64,000 bases of DNA from Psilocybe cubensis (Eukaryota): contig CM039010.1 in assembly GCA_017499595.2 (NCBI GenBank), positions 1,550,001 to 1,614,000 of the forward strand. Direction: 5' to 3'. Each line of letters opens with the position of its first letter. Within the stretch, counting starts at the first letter, position 1. A program made the translations under genes and the position numbers. The notes beneath the pieces were generated by a model. That model worked only from the letters and a program-made list of their open reading frames with translations. It was not told the DNA's origin and made no database searches. This document shows positions 51,958-64,000 of the stretch, piece by piece.

Positions 51958-53071
51958 TTAACTACAAAGTACTAACGAAGAAATGGACACAACAAGTAAT
52001 GTAAAAACAGGTGAAAGGATGCTGGCACCCCTGCAAGAACCGCTGGTATTCGAACTCAACGCAGAGGTAGGGGATGGCGAAGCAGAAGACGATGTAGTAA
52101 GAGATGTAGAAGATGGCGGAGATATCACAGTTGTCAACTTAGACGTAGATGACAGAGATCTGGAAGATGTTGAGCTGGATGATGAGGAGACAGTTGTCGA
52201 AGAAGATGGCGCCACGATAGCTGTTGACGAAGATGAAGTAGATATTGAAGGAGATGACGGTGGAGGTGATGGGATTGATGGTATCGTGGTAGGTATCACA
52301 CCGACTGTAACTGTTCTGGTCCCTGACTCAGTTGCGGATGGTTGGGTGAGAGACGCAGGGACTGAAATTGGTGATACGGCTGATGGTAAGGGCGTGTCAA
52401 ATGAGCCGGTCATCCCAGTGAGACTAGAACGATTTGAGCATAATATTACAGTAACACCATGCTTGAGAACCTACACAAAACTGGGAGACCATCCGGTATA
52501 CAGTGCGCTATTATTCCCTTGGAGTGTAGTGGAAGTAATGGCAATATAGCTTAACCAGGCAGTTAGATATGGTGATTGAGCTACGTAGGGAATTAACATA
52601 CTAAGTGTCTGAATTGGGACCAGCTGCTGGATTGGGCTGTAACAGGTCGGTTAGTAAGTGGAAGGTACACTCATTGGATATAGAAAGTATGCACCGTAAA
52701 TGTTACTGAGTGGACCTTTGCAACGTCTACTGGACTGATAGTTTGGACAAGTTGCTGCATCGCGGTAAAGCATTAACCCGAGTTCGCGAACACTTCGTGA
52801 GGTGCTCACCTGCTTGCCCGTGTACAATCCAACTGTAGCAACACCAACTGCAGAGAGTAGCGGCCGGGAACCATCATCTACCCAGCTGATAAGACACGGT
52901 TCACCTGCTCGACACGTAGAGCCAGAGAAAGGTTGATAAACCTGTGGATGAATGTTGAGTATGCAAAAAGATTCAACGGACAGCTTGACGCACGAAAAGA
53001 CCAGCATTAACGAGCAGCGCAGCGTCTAGATAGAAGACTGCCAGAGCCAAAGTCACGAATGTAGTATACAT
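51958..53071 (-). CDS. Kre9/Knh1-like Ser/Thr-rich GPI-anchored protein, divergent paralog 4
   Basis: Signal MYTTFVTLALAVFYLDAALLVNA; TCRAGEPCLISWVDDGSRPLLSAVGVATVGLYTG; AGPNSDT; SLTGMTGSF; long Ser/Thr tail; hydrophobic C-terminus. Confidence 0.8.
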
Positions 53072-54222
53072 TTCCGATATTTAAAGAGCGTGATTGATGC
53101 GCGGTGGATGCAAAAGAATGTAGGTTTATGCGTCAAAGGTCGACGAAGATTTGGTGAAATTTTGGGTTTTCAGAGATTATTGTATGTGGACCTTTGCCGG
53201 AGGCATATAAGACGGTGAGGAGGAGGATGTCGGTGGTGAGAAGTAAGGGAGAAACAGGCCGAAAACAGAATCGTAAAATCGTCGTTATGTCGTTCCAACT
53301 CGGTTGTCGTCAAGTTATTCAACATGGCCAGCCATGATTTCTGATTTCGGCATTGCGCGGCATGCACCGGAAACTTCCGAATTCGTTTTTTTCCCACTTG
53401 GCACTTGGCGTTCCCTCTTACTACCGCAACCACCATGCCTGACGCCTGACGCTGCTCCATGAAACATTACTAGTGGCTTTGTGCACACCGCTGCTGCCTA
53501 CAAGAAAACGTGCCGTATTAAAATCTACCGTCGTCGACAACTTTAATGAAACTCTCTTCGTTTGCACCAATCGTTTTATCTTACTGCGGCAATAATTGTC
53601 CGCATCTTCGGATAATTTACTGGTCCTGATAATGGGTGACGCTTGAGCGGGGTAGATGAGACAACAAGACAAACATTCCAATTTTGTTCGTGCTTGTTGT
53701 GAATTTTGAACACCACTTTTTGGAGCGAAATTTACAGTATGCATAACGAACTAGACTGTTGCTTGGAGCAATGCAACTACTGTTGTCCGCGTCTACGTTC
53801 CCTGTTGTAACATCCGGCTTGGAAGCTTAAGAAGAACACGGTATACACACACGTGTCTGGGTACATAACATCCATCTGACATCCTATGGAAGCTTCTGTA
53901 TTCCTTAGAAGGCGACATCACTCCGAAATCCCGTGGTGAAATCCCTGTTGTCTATTTTCGTGGCACAAAATTTGGGGCAAGGGCTTCATCTGCTGGACTA
54001 ACGCGAAAACTTCATGGAGCTTGACCCTTCTGCTTTGGATCTCGACATTGGGCAGAGTTATCGGTAACGCTTTCACGTACGCACCTTTCGCGCTGGTTAA
54101 CACTGCGGACTTTGTTGCCCCCGAAGAAAGCTTACATTCATTCAATTAACATACTGTCTGCTCCAGAGTGACGCATCGCAAAGTGCCGGTAAATATATTC
54201 TGGTAAACATGCTGGGCCATGA

Positions 54223-54620
54223 CATGAAATCTTCTGGTCAAGCTGAAAATTTTCAAAACAAAGAATTCTCCGTCTCCCCTTTCCCGCAGAACTTCGATGA
54301 AATTAAAGGCTGGCAATTTTACGAGACGCACAACACAAACTTTTTGAAAGCTGTATGTGACCCAATGGCAAATGCATACCAAGATGAATCCTCAATGTGT
54401 CTGCGCAGGATGAAGGAGCGCAGCTGGCAAACCCTCAAGGCATCAACTTTGTGCTTTGATACCATGGTAAGCATCCGCAGTTATGACAACGCACAGTATT
54501 GCCTCTTTGCTCACTGGGTCTCTTCACAGTACATGTGTCCGGAGTGGTGGATTCATTAAGCTGAAAAATTGACGGACGATGGGTCAGCCAAACTAACTGG
54601 GAATTTTTCTCTCGGGTGGG
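54223..54620 (+). pseudogene. Degraded intron-containing gene fragment, family unknown
   Basis: Frame ILNVSAQDEGAQLANPQGINFVL*YH|VHVSGVVDSLS*KIDGRWVSQTNWEFFSR spans a canonical GTAAGC...CACAG intron but carries two TGA stops and an upstream frame change. Confidence 0.35.
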
Positions 54621-55025
54621 TAAGTGCTATGTCATTCATTGACATATTTAATGCAATATTCTTAACCACCCATATCTTTGAAAGGTTGCCAAAATTAGCT
54701 TTTCTCCACTCCCTGGGGCCTGTGTATCATACTTACTAATTAACTCCATAGCAGACAACCTCACCAGCGCTGGTAGGAGCATTCTGTATAAACAAACCTC
54801 CCTTCGCAAATGATCCGCGATTAATTGGCACGAATGCAAACACAATGTGTACAAGTAATACTTCGACGCCCCACTGACTCAAACTCAAGAGAAACGGGTC
54901 AGGGAGAGGACAAGGGAACTAGCCGCAACGCTGCCATGAGTTCTAAGAGCCAAACAAGGACAACCAATTAATACTGAGCGACGGTGCGGAGTTTAAAGTC
55001 GAACACGTTCAGAACGTCAACGTAC

Positions 55026-57479
55026 ATGTCGTCCATTCAGGAGGAAAGCGACAACCTTGTCCAGGCTTCACAGCAAGTCCAGGTATATCACGACCCACTG
55101 TCTTGTTGGACTTATTAATTTTACCGATTATCAAGCAGGAGCAGTCGAACAACAGGTCTCCTAAATCCGATCCTGATCTGCCCACTGGCAAGTTGTGGGA
55201 CGTTCAAGATCCTTTCAGATTTGCCCCACCTAAACCTGACGGAGATTCATGGGCTTTACTACTAGACCCATTGATAATGAAGGATAAAGTTCAATGCGAC
55301 GCTTGGAAAGACGAAGTACAATACTTGCTCATTTTTGTAAATGTCATGTGTGACGTTTATAAAGATACACTGACCCCATCTTGCTTAGGCTGGACTTTTC
55401 TCTGCGGTAATTACCGCTTTCATCGTCGAGTCGTACAAGAACCTACAGCCGGACCCCAATGACGCCATCGTTAGCCTTCTTTCTCAGATAGCTTCACAGA
55501 TGGATCGGTCTCTCAATGTGACTACCGTCAACCTGTCGCCTGCAAACTCTTTTGCGCCTACCCCATCTTCCATCCGGGTCAACGTGTTTTGGTTTATTAG
55601 TCTTGTTCTCAGCATGGGTACAGTAATCATAGGTATTGTCTCTTTACAGTGGCTAAGGGAACATCAATCTTACGAGTCGGACCTCTCACCACGGGAAAAA
55701 TATGCATTATTCAACATGCGAGCCAATGGATTAAAACGATGGCACGTTGACAAATTTTTAAACTCTCTGCCACTACTACTACAGGCAGCTCTTGTCCTCT
55801 TTCTAGGAGGAGTCATCGACTTTCTTCATGCCATTGGATACTGGGCCGTCACAATCCCTGTTGTTGTTGTGATTGCTTTCATCTTGCTATTTCTTGTTAC
55901 TACTACACTTCTGCCATGTCTTCAGGTACTATCCCTATACTTTTATTTTCCACCCAGGAATGGTAAAATCCCAAAACACTTTGACCCACCCAGTCAATGC
56001 CCGTACAAATCACCACAATCTCAAACTATACGACGGTTCTTCAGAAACACCATAAAATTATATGGCAAATTTACTTTGTGGCATCTTCCACGGTTCTTTC
56101 ACAGAATTAAACACTACTTGAAAAACCCTTTCTCAGGACCACCTGGCCCCTTTCAGCCTGGTTACTATTCCTTCGACCCTTTTACTTGCTACCTTGGGGA
56201 GGCCTCCCGATCGCATTGGTGGAGCCAGTTTGATCTAGCCTGGCTCAACATTCGTGACGCATATATGCGGCGCTCATTTGGTCAACAACTTGATTTCGGC
56301 GATACGCTTGGGCGGGATGATGACCAGACTTTTCCCATCTATGATATCGTAACGGGGTTACTTTCTCAAGTTGAAGAAAAATCGACAGAAATTCCTGCCT
56401 ATCACTGCTTCGATGAGGTGTCGCTAATGTACGATAACCAATGCTGGTATCGTCAAGATGCGTATCTTAATCGCCTTGTATCGAATGGCTTTCAACTCGA
56501 GAATAACGTTTGTTTGTCGGATTTTCTTTGTATGACCGGCTCCCTCTACCCCCTTCGAACGGCGTATACCAGCCTCCTTCGCCAACAAAATTTGTTTCTC
56601 TTTATTAGAGGCTGTAGGGGCTGGAGACGCGCAGCATTGCTTACCAAACATCTATTCGAACTGAATTTTCGGTTGATGGGATATTATCTCCGTGAGGAAA
56701 ATGGACTACGCATTGCGGAACTTGGTGAACAAAAAATTCCCGAGTGTTTTAAGGTTCAAGAAGGCTATACCTCTCTCTTCGATCCTAAAGAGGACCATAA
56801 AAGCAGTGCTGGTAAGTTTCTTATTGATTTGTATCCCAACAAGTACGTGGTTGATGGTTTGTCAGTTGTAGAACTCTCCCGGCAGTTTGGAAATATTACA
56901 CTGCTAATGTTACGCCAGCTAGAATCAAATATCAACACAAGTTCAGTGCACTCTGCATCATTAGTTCGAAGCTATGGGTTAGGGGATTATATGAACCTCG
57001 CAGAATTCCTCGAAACTCGGAGCTCGTTTGTTCTTATCGCGCAAAATGGGACATCCATACATCGGCCCTTAGAAAAAAGCGATGTCTTTGAATCAATTCG
57101 TACTCTACTCGAAAAACACTTAACCAGTAAAATATTGGCGATATCTACCTCCCAGTTATCGGACGAACACCATCCAAGCTTGCTTCTCTACTTGGCCGCA
57201 CTGTATTGTGACTCTCTCGACTCTTTTCGCCTGCGTCACATTCAGTCTCTGCTCTCCGCGGTTTGTAGATACAAGAAGCTTACAATAGACAAAGGTATAG
57301 TTAATTCGGATATTGAAGCAGCATTACATGTTCGTCGAGTTTGGTTTTGGTCTGAGGCTGGACATACCTTCTCAAAAGAGTGGTGGGACCATTTCATGAG
57401 TCGAGTTCTGGAAGCATCCATAGAATCAGCGGGTACCAGTAATGACAACCGAAAAGGGACATATACTCGGAATATGTAG
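55026..57479 (+). CDS. DUF6535-type membrane domain protein with variable C-terminus
   Basis: MSSIQEESD...|...CDAWKDEVQYLLIF|AGLFSAVITAFIVESYKNLQPDP...RVNVFWFISLVLS...QWLRE...LPLLLQAALVLFLGG...CPYKSPQS, the hallmark motifs of this expanded agaricomycete family. Confidence 0.8.
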
Positions 57480-58105
57480 GGTTGTCATACTAGTTGTTGC
57501 GATCAATAGTACTTTCAAAATTTATTAAGAAGAGAATGGCCCGATGAATTGAAGCCTCCTATTAACGCGTAACGCGTAATCATTCACGTGATGGGAAATT
57601 TATGGTTCAATCTCCGATTATAGCTGGCTCCTGTATTGTTTCCAAAATGTTTCCACCAACATTTCACCTGGTGTATTAGCGTCGATGCTCGAGGTTTAAA
57701 CATGCACGCTTTTTGGTCCGTTCCGGGAACACCTTTTGTTGGAATCCATAAACGGCGTCAGTTAAAATAACATTGCTCCACTCATTACACTTGAACAGGC
57801 TTTGCCAATCTGTCAATGCCTTCACACCATCGCCATACGCGTTTAAAGGTTCGCCACAATAGGTGGTGCAGCTTATGTCATATACTTTCAGTAAAAGAGG
57901 ATATGTCACTACCAACGCTGGTGGAGAGTACTTGCAAGCATCCTCGAAGCTGCATCGGGATGTCATCTGTGACGATTCACCAATGCACCGGGCCTTTGAG
58001 AGGGGTGACGTCACCTTGTCCTCCATTCATAAATATGCCAGCTGCTATTCGTAGTCACTCGAGTTATAAAACCTCGTAAATTTTGACGCATACCACATTC
58101 TTACG

Positions 58106-59511
58106 ATGACAATGATCGACAAAACAACTGTCGCAGACCTCGTCGCCAAGTATGGATCCTCTAGTGCAACCGCCTGGCTTGAATTTGAGCGGTACAAACT
58201 ATGGCAGCCCACAGAACCGGTTCTCGAATCATCGTTCACGCCAGTACAAGGATACATGGAGAAGGATCCATACATCTTCGCCTGGGGAAACCCTCTCGTG
58301 TCTGACCCGGCTGCCTTACCTTCGGTTGCGCGCCAGTTCGTCGAATTCTGCGAATCTCAAGGGAAGCGCCCAATATGGTCGTGCGTTGACCGAGACCTCG
58401 AGGAAATTTTAGGCGGTCCAGAATTCGAATGGAGCACGGTGTCATGTATATACGAGGATGTTGTCGACCCTGCCCACGTGCTAGAGCTAACGTCGCCCGA
58501 ATCGAAAGGAAAAGAAGGCCAAAAAGTGGTGAAGGATTTGAAGAAGAATTTATATAGGGCAGATAAGTATGACGTGAAGGTGCAGGAAATTTTATCCAAC
58601 GAGTGGACAGAGGCCGACAAGATTGCAGTGGAGAAAGGAATTGCCGAGTGGAAGGAAAATAAGAGCGGGGTCCAAATAGCGTCGACAACCCTTCAACCGT
58701 GGCTTGACTCGGTACATCGAAGATATTGGCTAGCAAAGAAGGACGGTGAGGTGAGTTGCTCTTACCCTTTGGACCCAAACTATTCGTATCGTACCTAACC
58801 GACGGCCCTTGCTATAGCCTGTCGGAATCCTCATTCTCACACCTATCCAAGCGTCGTCGTGGCAGATCAAGAATGCTGTTTCTTTTCCATCCGCGCCCAA
58901 AGGCACTTCAGAAGCACTCATATTCACTGCACTGAAGGATTTGCATGAAGAAGAAGAGAAAGCCCGAGCGTCCGGAGACAAGATACCCCATCCAGCCAAT
59001 GGAAACGTCACCGGAGAAGTCATCCAACCTGTTGGGAACGGTGCACCAGCAGCTGACTCTGCATCAGAAATTAGCAGCATCAGCGCCGACGCCCCTTCAG
59101 AAAGCGAGACCAATAGTCTTTCCACTCCTCACCTGGAGAATGGCTCAAACACTAACGTCGGACAAGGATCAGCACCCGCGCCCTCGAAGACGAATCATCG
59201 AGATGCAGATAGAGTGACTGTAACATTTGGTATCAGCGCATCGCCGGAGTTCCAGCCTATTCGGAATCTTGGGGGTTGGAAAGTGAAGGCGCTAGGAAAG
59301 ACATATAATAAAGTAGCTTCTGGCGCCAAATTGATTCAAAGAGGCGAGTTCCGAGTGAGTATTGCAACCTTTTCCGAGGTAAATTAACCTGAACTTACCG
59401 TATCCGCAGAGTAAATTCGACTCTGAGGCGGATCCCATGTATGTCTGCTATCCGGCGGATGGATTTGGCCTGGACGGGGTAAACGCCTTGCTGAAGGTGT
59501 TGAAGAAGTAA
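58106..59511 (+). CDS. Free-standing DUF2156 / aminoacyl-tRNA transferase domain protein (ErdS-transferase-like), copy 1
   Basis: Three exons: LVAKYGSSSATAW, WGNPLVSDP, PIWSC, WSTVSCIYEDVVDP, QPWLDSVHRRYW|, QIKNAVSFPSAPKGTSE, VTFGISA, RGEFR|SKFDSEADPMYVCYPADGFG. This motif order matches the DUF2156 domain of fungal ErdS as I recall it. Confidence 0.82.
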
Positions 59512-60621
59512 CTTGAGGGATTTGACTTTTATTAGACTCCATGGTAATCTTCATATCCTTCATTTGTCAATTAAATTGAGATACTCGTTTTGTTGCCTTG
59601 GTCTCCTGGACGAACTGCAACGTGTGAGACTCTTTGGTCATGATACATCCCAGATGCATCCATTCATGATCGCGTCGAACTAATTTCGGCCTTTTGCGGC
59701 CGTGCATTGATGCCGATTGATTAGGGTGATTACCGAGAACAGCCGAAGTGCCGACAAATGAACATTGAACAACTCAGAACACCTCCAAAGTCAATGAGTC
59801 CTAGGCGGCACTGTGTAACCCTTATGCGCACGGTTAAACGATGATCTGAACTGAGACTCTGTACATATTATACTTTTAAAGAGCTTTCTATTGGATAATT
59901 AAAGCTCCAATGCGCGTACGCCGTACACCGTCTCGGCGATCAACTTCGTATATGGGGCACCCAATCGACATGAATAATCATTGTTATCCCGACAGGCGTT
60001 GGCCATTCTCCATACAAGAGTGAATTTAAAGACATAATCACGATATCACGATATATGCTATAGTCGCATCTTTTCCATACAAATATACCAGTCGGTAAAC
60101 TGTCTTCTTTGTATAATGCAGCTGACTAGCTTATCAAAATATACAACGACTTCAATGTGAGCTTGTGTAACTTGGACGTTTTAAGATTCCTCGAGAACTC
60201 TGATATTGTAGAGATTAGAATGGGTGTGTGAGCCCTTGGCATGATTTCTGTGGCTCCTTTTTTCATCACAAGGGATCCATCAACATGAGACCGTCAGCGC
60301 TTCCGATTCATTCCATGCTTAATAGCCAAAAATAGGTAAACAACCACAGCGTACACGCCGGGCTGGAAAGATCCAAGTTCTTCACTAGGACGAAAAATAT
60401 CGCCGAGCATACACTTCTTGTGTGTTTCAGTTCGCTGGCGCAGTAGTATGTAGTAGTAGGCGCAGTATACTGCGTCGCATATGCCAATGTTCAAAAATAG
60501 CTTTAACGCTTATATACAAGTCAGCGGTGAAGGTATGAATCCTCAAAAACGCATCAACTAATCGTGCCATTTCACATTCCCTCAAAGCACTCTCATATAC
60601 TTTCCAGACTCCTTCTGATTC

Positions 60622-61945
60622 ATGAGGAACATTGAGCAGCCGTCCCTTTCAGATTTAATCGCGGAACACGGGCATTCCAGCTCGACAGATTGGCTGGACG
60701 CGCGGTATCAGCACTGGTATCTTCCTTACCGACCTTCTGGATCCAAATTTACCCCCGTCCAAGGGTATATGATTCAAGGATCGTATATTTTTGCGTGGGG
60801 AAATCCGATCGTCTCTTCCTCAGCTGTTTTTCCTTCCTTTATCGACCACTTCTCCGCGTTCGCCGATTCTCAAAGCAGAATTCTTGTCTGGCTTTGTGTA
60901 AATCAGGAGTTTCAAGATGTCCTTGGGAGTAAATTCGGCTGGAGCACTGTTTCGTGTATAAAAGAAGATCTTATCGATCCGACTCATGTTTTGCACATGA
61001 TGTCGAAGAAGGAATGCGGTCGCATTAAGAATCTTCGGAACAGCTTAAGCAAGGCGTACAAGTCAGGTCTAATGGTGGAAGAGGTCCCAAAAGAGTATTT
61101 GGTCGAGTCTAATCAACGGGTCTGCATCGACGAAGGAATAGCGAAGTGGAAAGAGAGTAAAAAAGGAATACAAATCGCTTCGACGACTGTGAATCCATGG
61201 CTAGATATAGAGCACCGAAGGTATTGGTTAGCAAGATTGGACTCCACGGTGTGTAGCCTCTTTGCTTCTCGGTCAATTCAACTACTGCGAGTCGCCTGCT
61301 GACGTCGTTCTCCAAGGTCGTCGGAATTCTTATTCTTACCCCGATACACCATGGTCACTGGCAAATTGTCAACGTTGTTCCGTTTAATTCTTCTCCGAAG
61401 GGGACTTCAGAGGCTCTCATACACGCCGTATTGAAGGCCATCGAAGCTGAGCAAGACACATTAGACGAATCGACCAGTTCACTCGTTAGTCGAATTTCTA
61501 GTGCATCAGTTCTAGTGCTAACCGTGATATTTCGAAGCATTCCGACAGTACTGGCGACTCCATCCCTTACCCAAATTACCAGATTTCGATAGGGGATGCA
61601 ACGTCGACACCAGGGCTGGTAAGCTTTGGTATCAGCGCTACTCAGGATGTAGTGCCTAGGCACAATCCATCCCCAAAGCTAGAAACACTAGTTAAAATAT
61701 ACAACAAGGTGGCATACCTAGGGGGACTATTTGGACGGAAGGAATTTCGAGTAAGCATTTTGCTACCACCTAAACTCCGCTTTTCGTCCCATTTTCATGT
61801 TTTTATTTTGCTAACCCACCGCTATTTTCAGAGTAAATTTGACCCGAAGTACAACATTATGTATGTTTGTTACCCACGCGACGCTTTCGACAAGGGTAGC
61901 AGGTTCTCGTTATTCGAAGACCTCATAAACGCTTTGAGAAAATAG
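60622..61945 (+). CDS. Free-standing DUF2156 protein, copy 2 (possible frameshift/pseudogene)
   Basis: Same motifs and the same two intron positions as copy 1 (WGNPIVS, WSTVSCIKED, PWLDIEHRRYW, PKGTSE, SFGISA, EFR|SKFDP..MYVCYP), but the reading frame changes between ~61485 and ~61620. Confidence 0.72.
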
Positions 61946-62414
61946 TAAATTTGCTTGGCACTGTGCTACAAGCACGTTTGCACTTCTAGCGCATCGACTT
62001 TTCATAGTCAGTCAACATCTACTTATATATTTTGGCATCTTTCGTATTCGTTTTCGGGCACTGTCTTTGGGGAATTATGTGGCATATATACATGGACAAT
62101 TTACTATATTTGTACTTAATTATCGACATTGTATTTTTGTTATTTTTGGGCAACAGCTTCTTCCAACTTCATGTCAAACATATACACCGAAGAAATCGCC
62201 TGTGACTTAGTGTACAAGTGGTTATCCAACAAATCAATCCACCGAGAAACTATGCATTCATATTTTTTCTACAGCAACTGCCCAAATACCTGTTGGGCAA
62301 TGCCGAAGCAATGAACGCGTTTCTACCCGTACACGTACAGTAGTCCACTGTTCCGCTTTGAGAGTGCGTGCGTGCGTGTGCGGCTACTCCAGCCGAAGAC
62401 ATCAAGTGTCGGAC

Positions 62415-64000
62415 CTAGCAAGGGTATGCTCCTGAGATTGTGGAATGGGTATCAACGTCAACGGCAGTAGCATTGGACGACGAGGAAAAAAATTTGGTTG
62501 GATTACGACGACGCAACCGTCTCACAGGCCAACCTAGTCGTCTTAGGAAGCTTGTGTTGGGGGGATATAGGTCCGTACTCTGGAATGCGATGACGACCCA
62601 GACGGTCAACGCCGTAAGAGGTAATGTGAGGGCGGCGTATATGGCAAAGGTAGCGGTTGTTCCTGGGTTGATTTCGCGGACATTCATGCCAAAGATGCCC
62701 TGCTTGAAAATGTTATCGAGAGACGTCTGTAGTAATCACAAGCTGCTTACTGCGAGGAATGACGCTGGAAGAAAAAACATAGTCATATACGCAATTTGCT
62801 TCATCTGTTTGACCAATTAGCAATCGACTACTTGCAAGGGAGCCTATATGTCTAACTTACAGCTAGATTCGGTAGTGATTAATTGTATGATTCAATTCAC
62901 AGAGGGAATAAAACCTTACCGGCACTGTCGCGTATGGTGGCTTCCGTAATTAAGCGGGTGTAGCGCCTATCAACAAGTTCCAAGACATTTTGCAGGCGCC
63001 TTTCTTGCATATACAGTTCGGCTTCAAGGCGCTTGATCTCTACCAAGAGATTCGCACACTCCCGTGCCATGATAGCCTTGCTAAATTCACGTTCCTCTTC
63101 AGATTTACCGTCCATGGCAGGACTGGGCGTATCCCGGATGAAGATAACATGCTTAGCGTAGTCGTCGAGCAGGGATGTGTAGTGCAAGTGGTGCGCCCTT
63201 ATCACGTGAAGCTCATGAGTGAGAGGCATATCCTCCGTGGTTGTGATGACACGAGATTCCTGAGGTATAATGAGAAGGGCTACATCACCATTGCATGACT
63301 TACCAAGGTGCAGATGTGATCGTAGAGATTTTCCAGAGCTTCATCCCAACCATACATTGCATGCCATACAAAAGCTAATAGGACAAAGGTAGAATCTGCA
63401 GATCTCTGGAATATACTTTGCCAGTAAACGTTCTGACCTAGAAGGAGGAACAGAGTCAGGGAACCAATTAAAAAAAAACGAAGTCCAGGTGGTCCACCAA
63501 CCAGCATAACGAATTCGCTCGTGGAGAAATGCTGCCGACGTCGTCGGAAGATTCAACGTAGGATGAAATGATAAGATGGTACTCCCGTTGATGTTTCGGA
63601 TAAGGTGAACAGCGAGTAGGTCTAGCACTAGCAGCCTGTTGTCTGTCATATTTATCGGTTGTCAGATGCCTGTCATATAACGTTTTTCTTGGCTTTCTTA
63701 CTGGAGTGAAGCATTAATGGCGAATGAGGATCAATTCTTTGAGTACCTGAGATATCACAATCAGGAAAAATTGAAGAGAGAAGAAGACAGGAGCAGGGCA
63801 TACCAAGCAAAGTCCCCGATGGCCTGAGAGTATCGGTCGATTTCCCGAACGTCACTGTGTCCTGATTCGACATGGATCGCAAGAAGGTCAAGGTGATGGT
63901 GATATCTAGGCCGTGAGAGGATGAGAAGCTATAGATTCCTCCTTTCTGGATAGGATGGTGAATGCACAAGGGAGAAGATCGACTCACGGTCTCCAATTCC
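62415..64000 (-). CDS. CorA-like Mg2+ transporter-domain protein, 3' part (runs off the window)
   Basis: ATIRDSA|..MKQIAYMTMFFLPASFLA|GIFGMNV (GMN signature)...YAALTLPLTALTVWVVI: two C-terminal TM helices after a coiled region. Confidence 0.8.

Noticed and set aside
51983-52549. 188-aa acidic ORF on + strand
   Set aside because: Antisense shadow of the Ser/Thr-rich tail of GPI paralog 4; similar shadows overlap the TF and other GPI genes.

Overview
Intron-rich eukaryotic DNA, almost certainly from a mushroom-forming basidiomycete (Agaricales-like; inferred from short GT-AG introns and the gene families present). About 20 genes can be assembled by hand: the 3' end of SEC11, a very large low-complexity Zn2Cys6 transcription factor, a mitochondrial Obg GTPase, two F-box paralogs forming a ~2.4-kb inverted duplication around an alpha/beta hydrolase and a TPR gene, an 8-Cys small secreted protein, a micro-exon-rich MFS transporter, a beta-lactamase-family esterase, four Kre9/Knh1-like Ser/Thr-rich GPI genes, a cupin, an FAD monooxygenase, a DUF6535 protein, a tandem pair of free-standing DUF2156 (ErdS-type aminoacyl-tRNA transferase) genes and a CorA-like gene. 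Two non-autonomous TIR elements are visible (a CACTA-like 1.33-kb element and a 0.59-kb MITE with a TA target duplication). The most interesting signals are the stand-alone ErdS-like transferase pair, which suggests an uncharacterised tRNA-dependent lipid/sterol aminoacylation system, and the inverted F-box pair with near-identical flanks but a diverged middle. All gene models and family calls were made by eye and from recalled motifs; no search was run.
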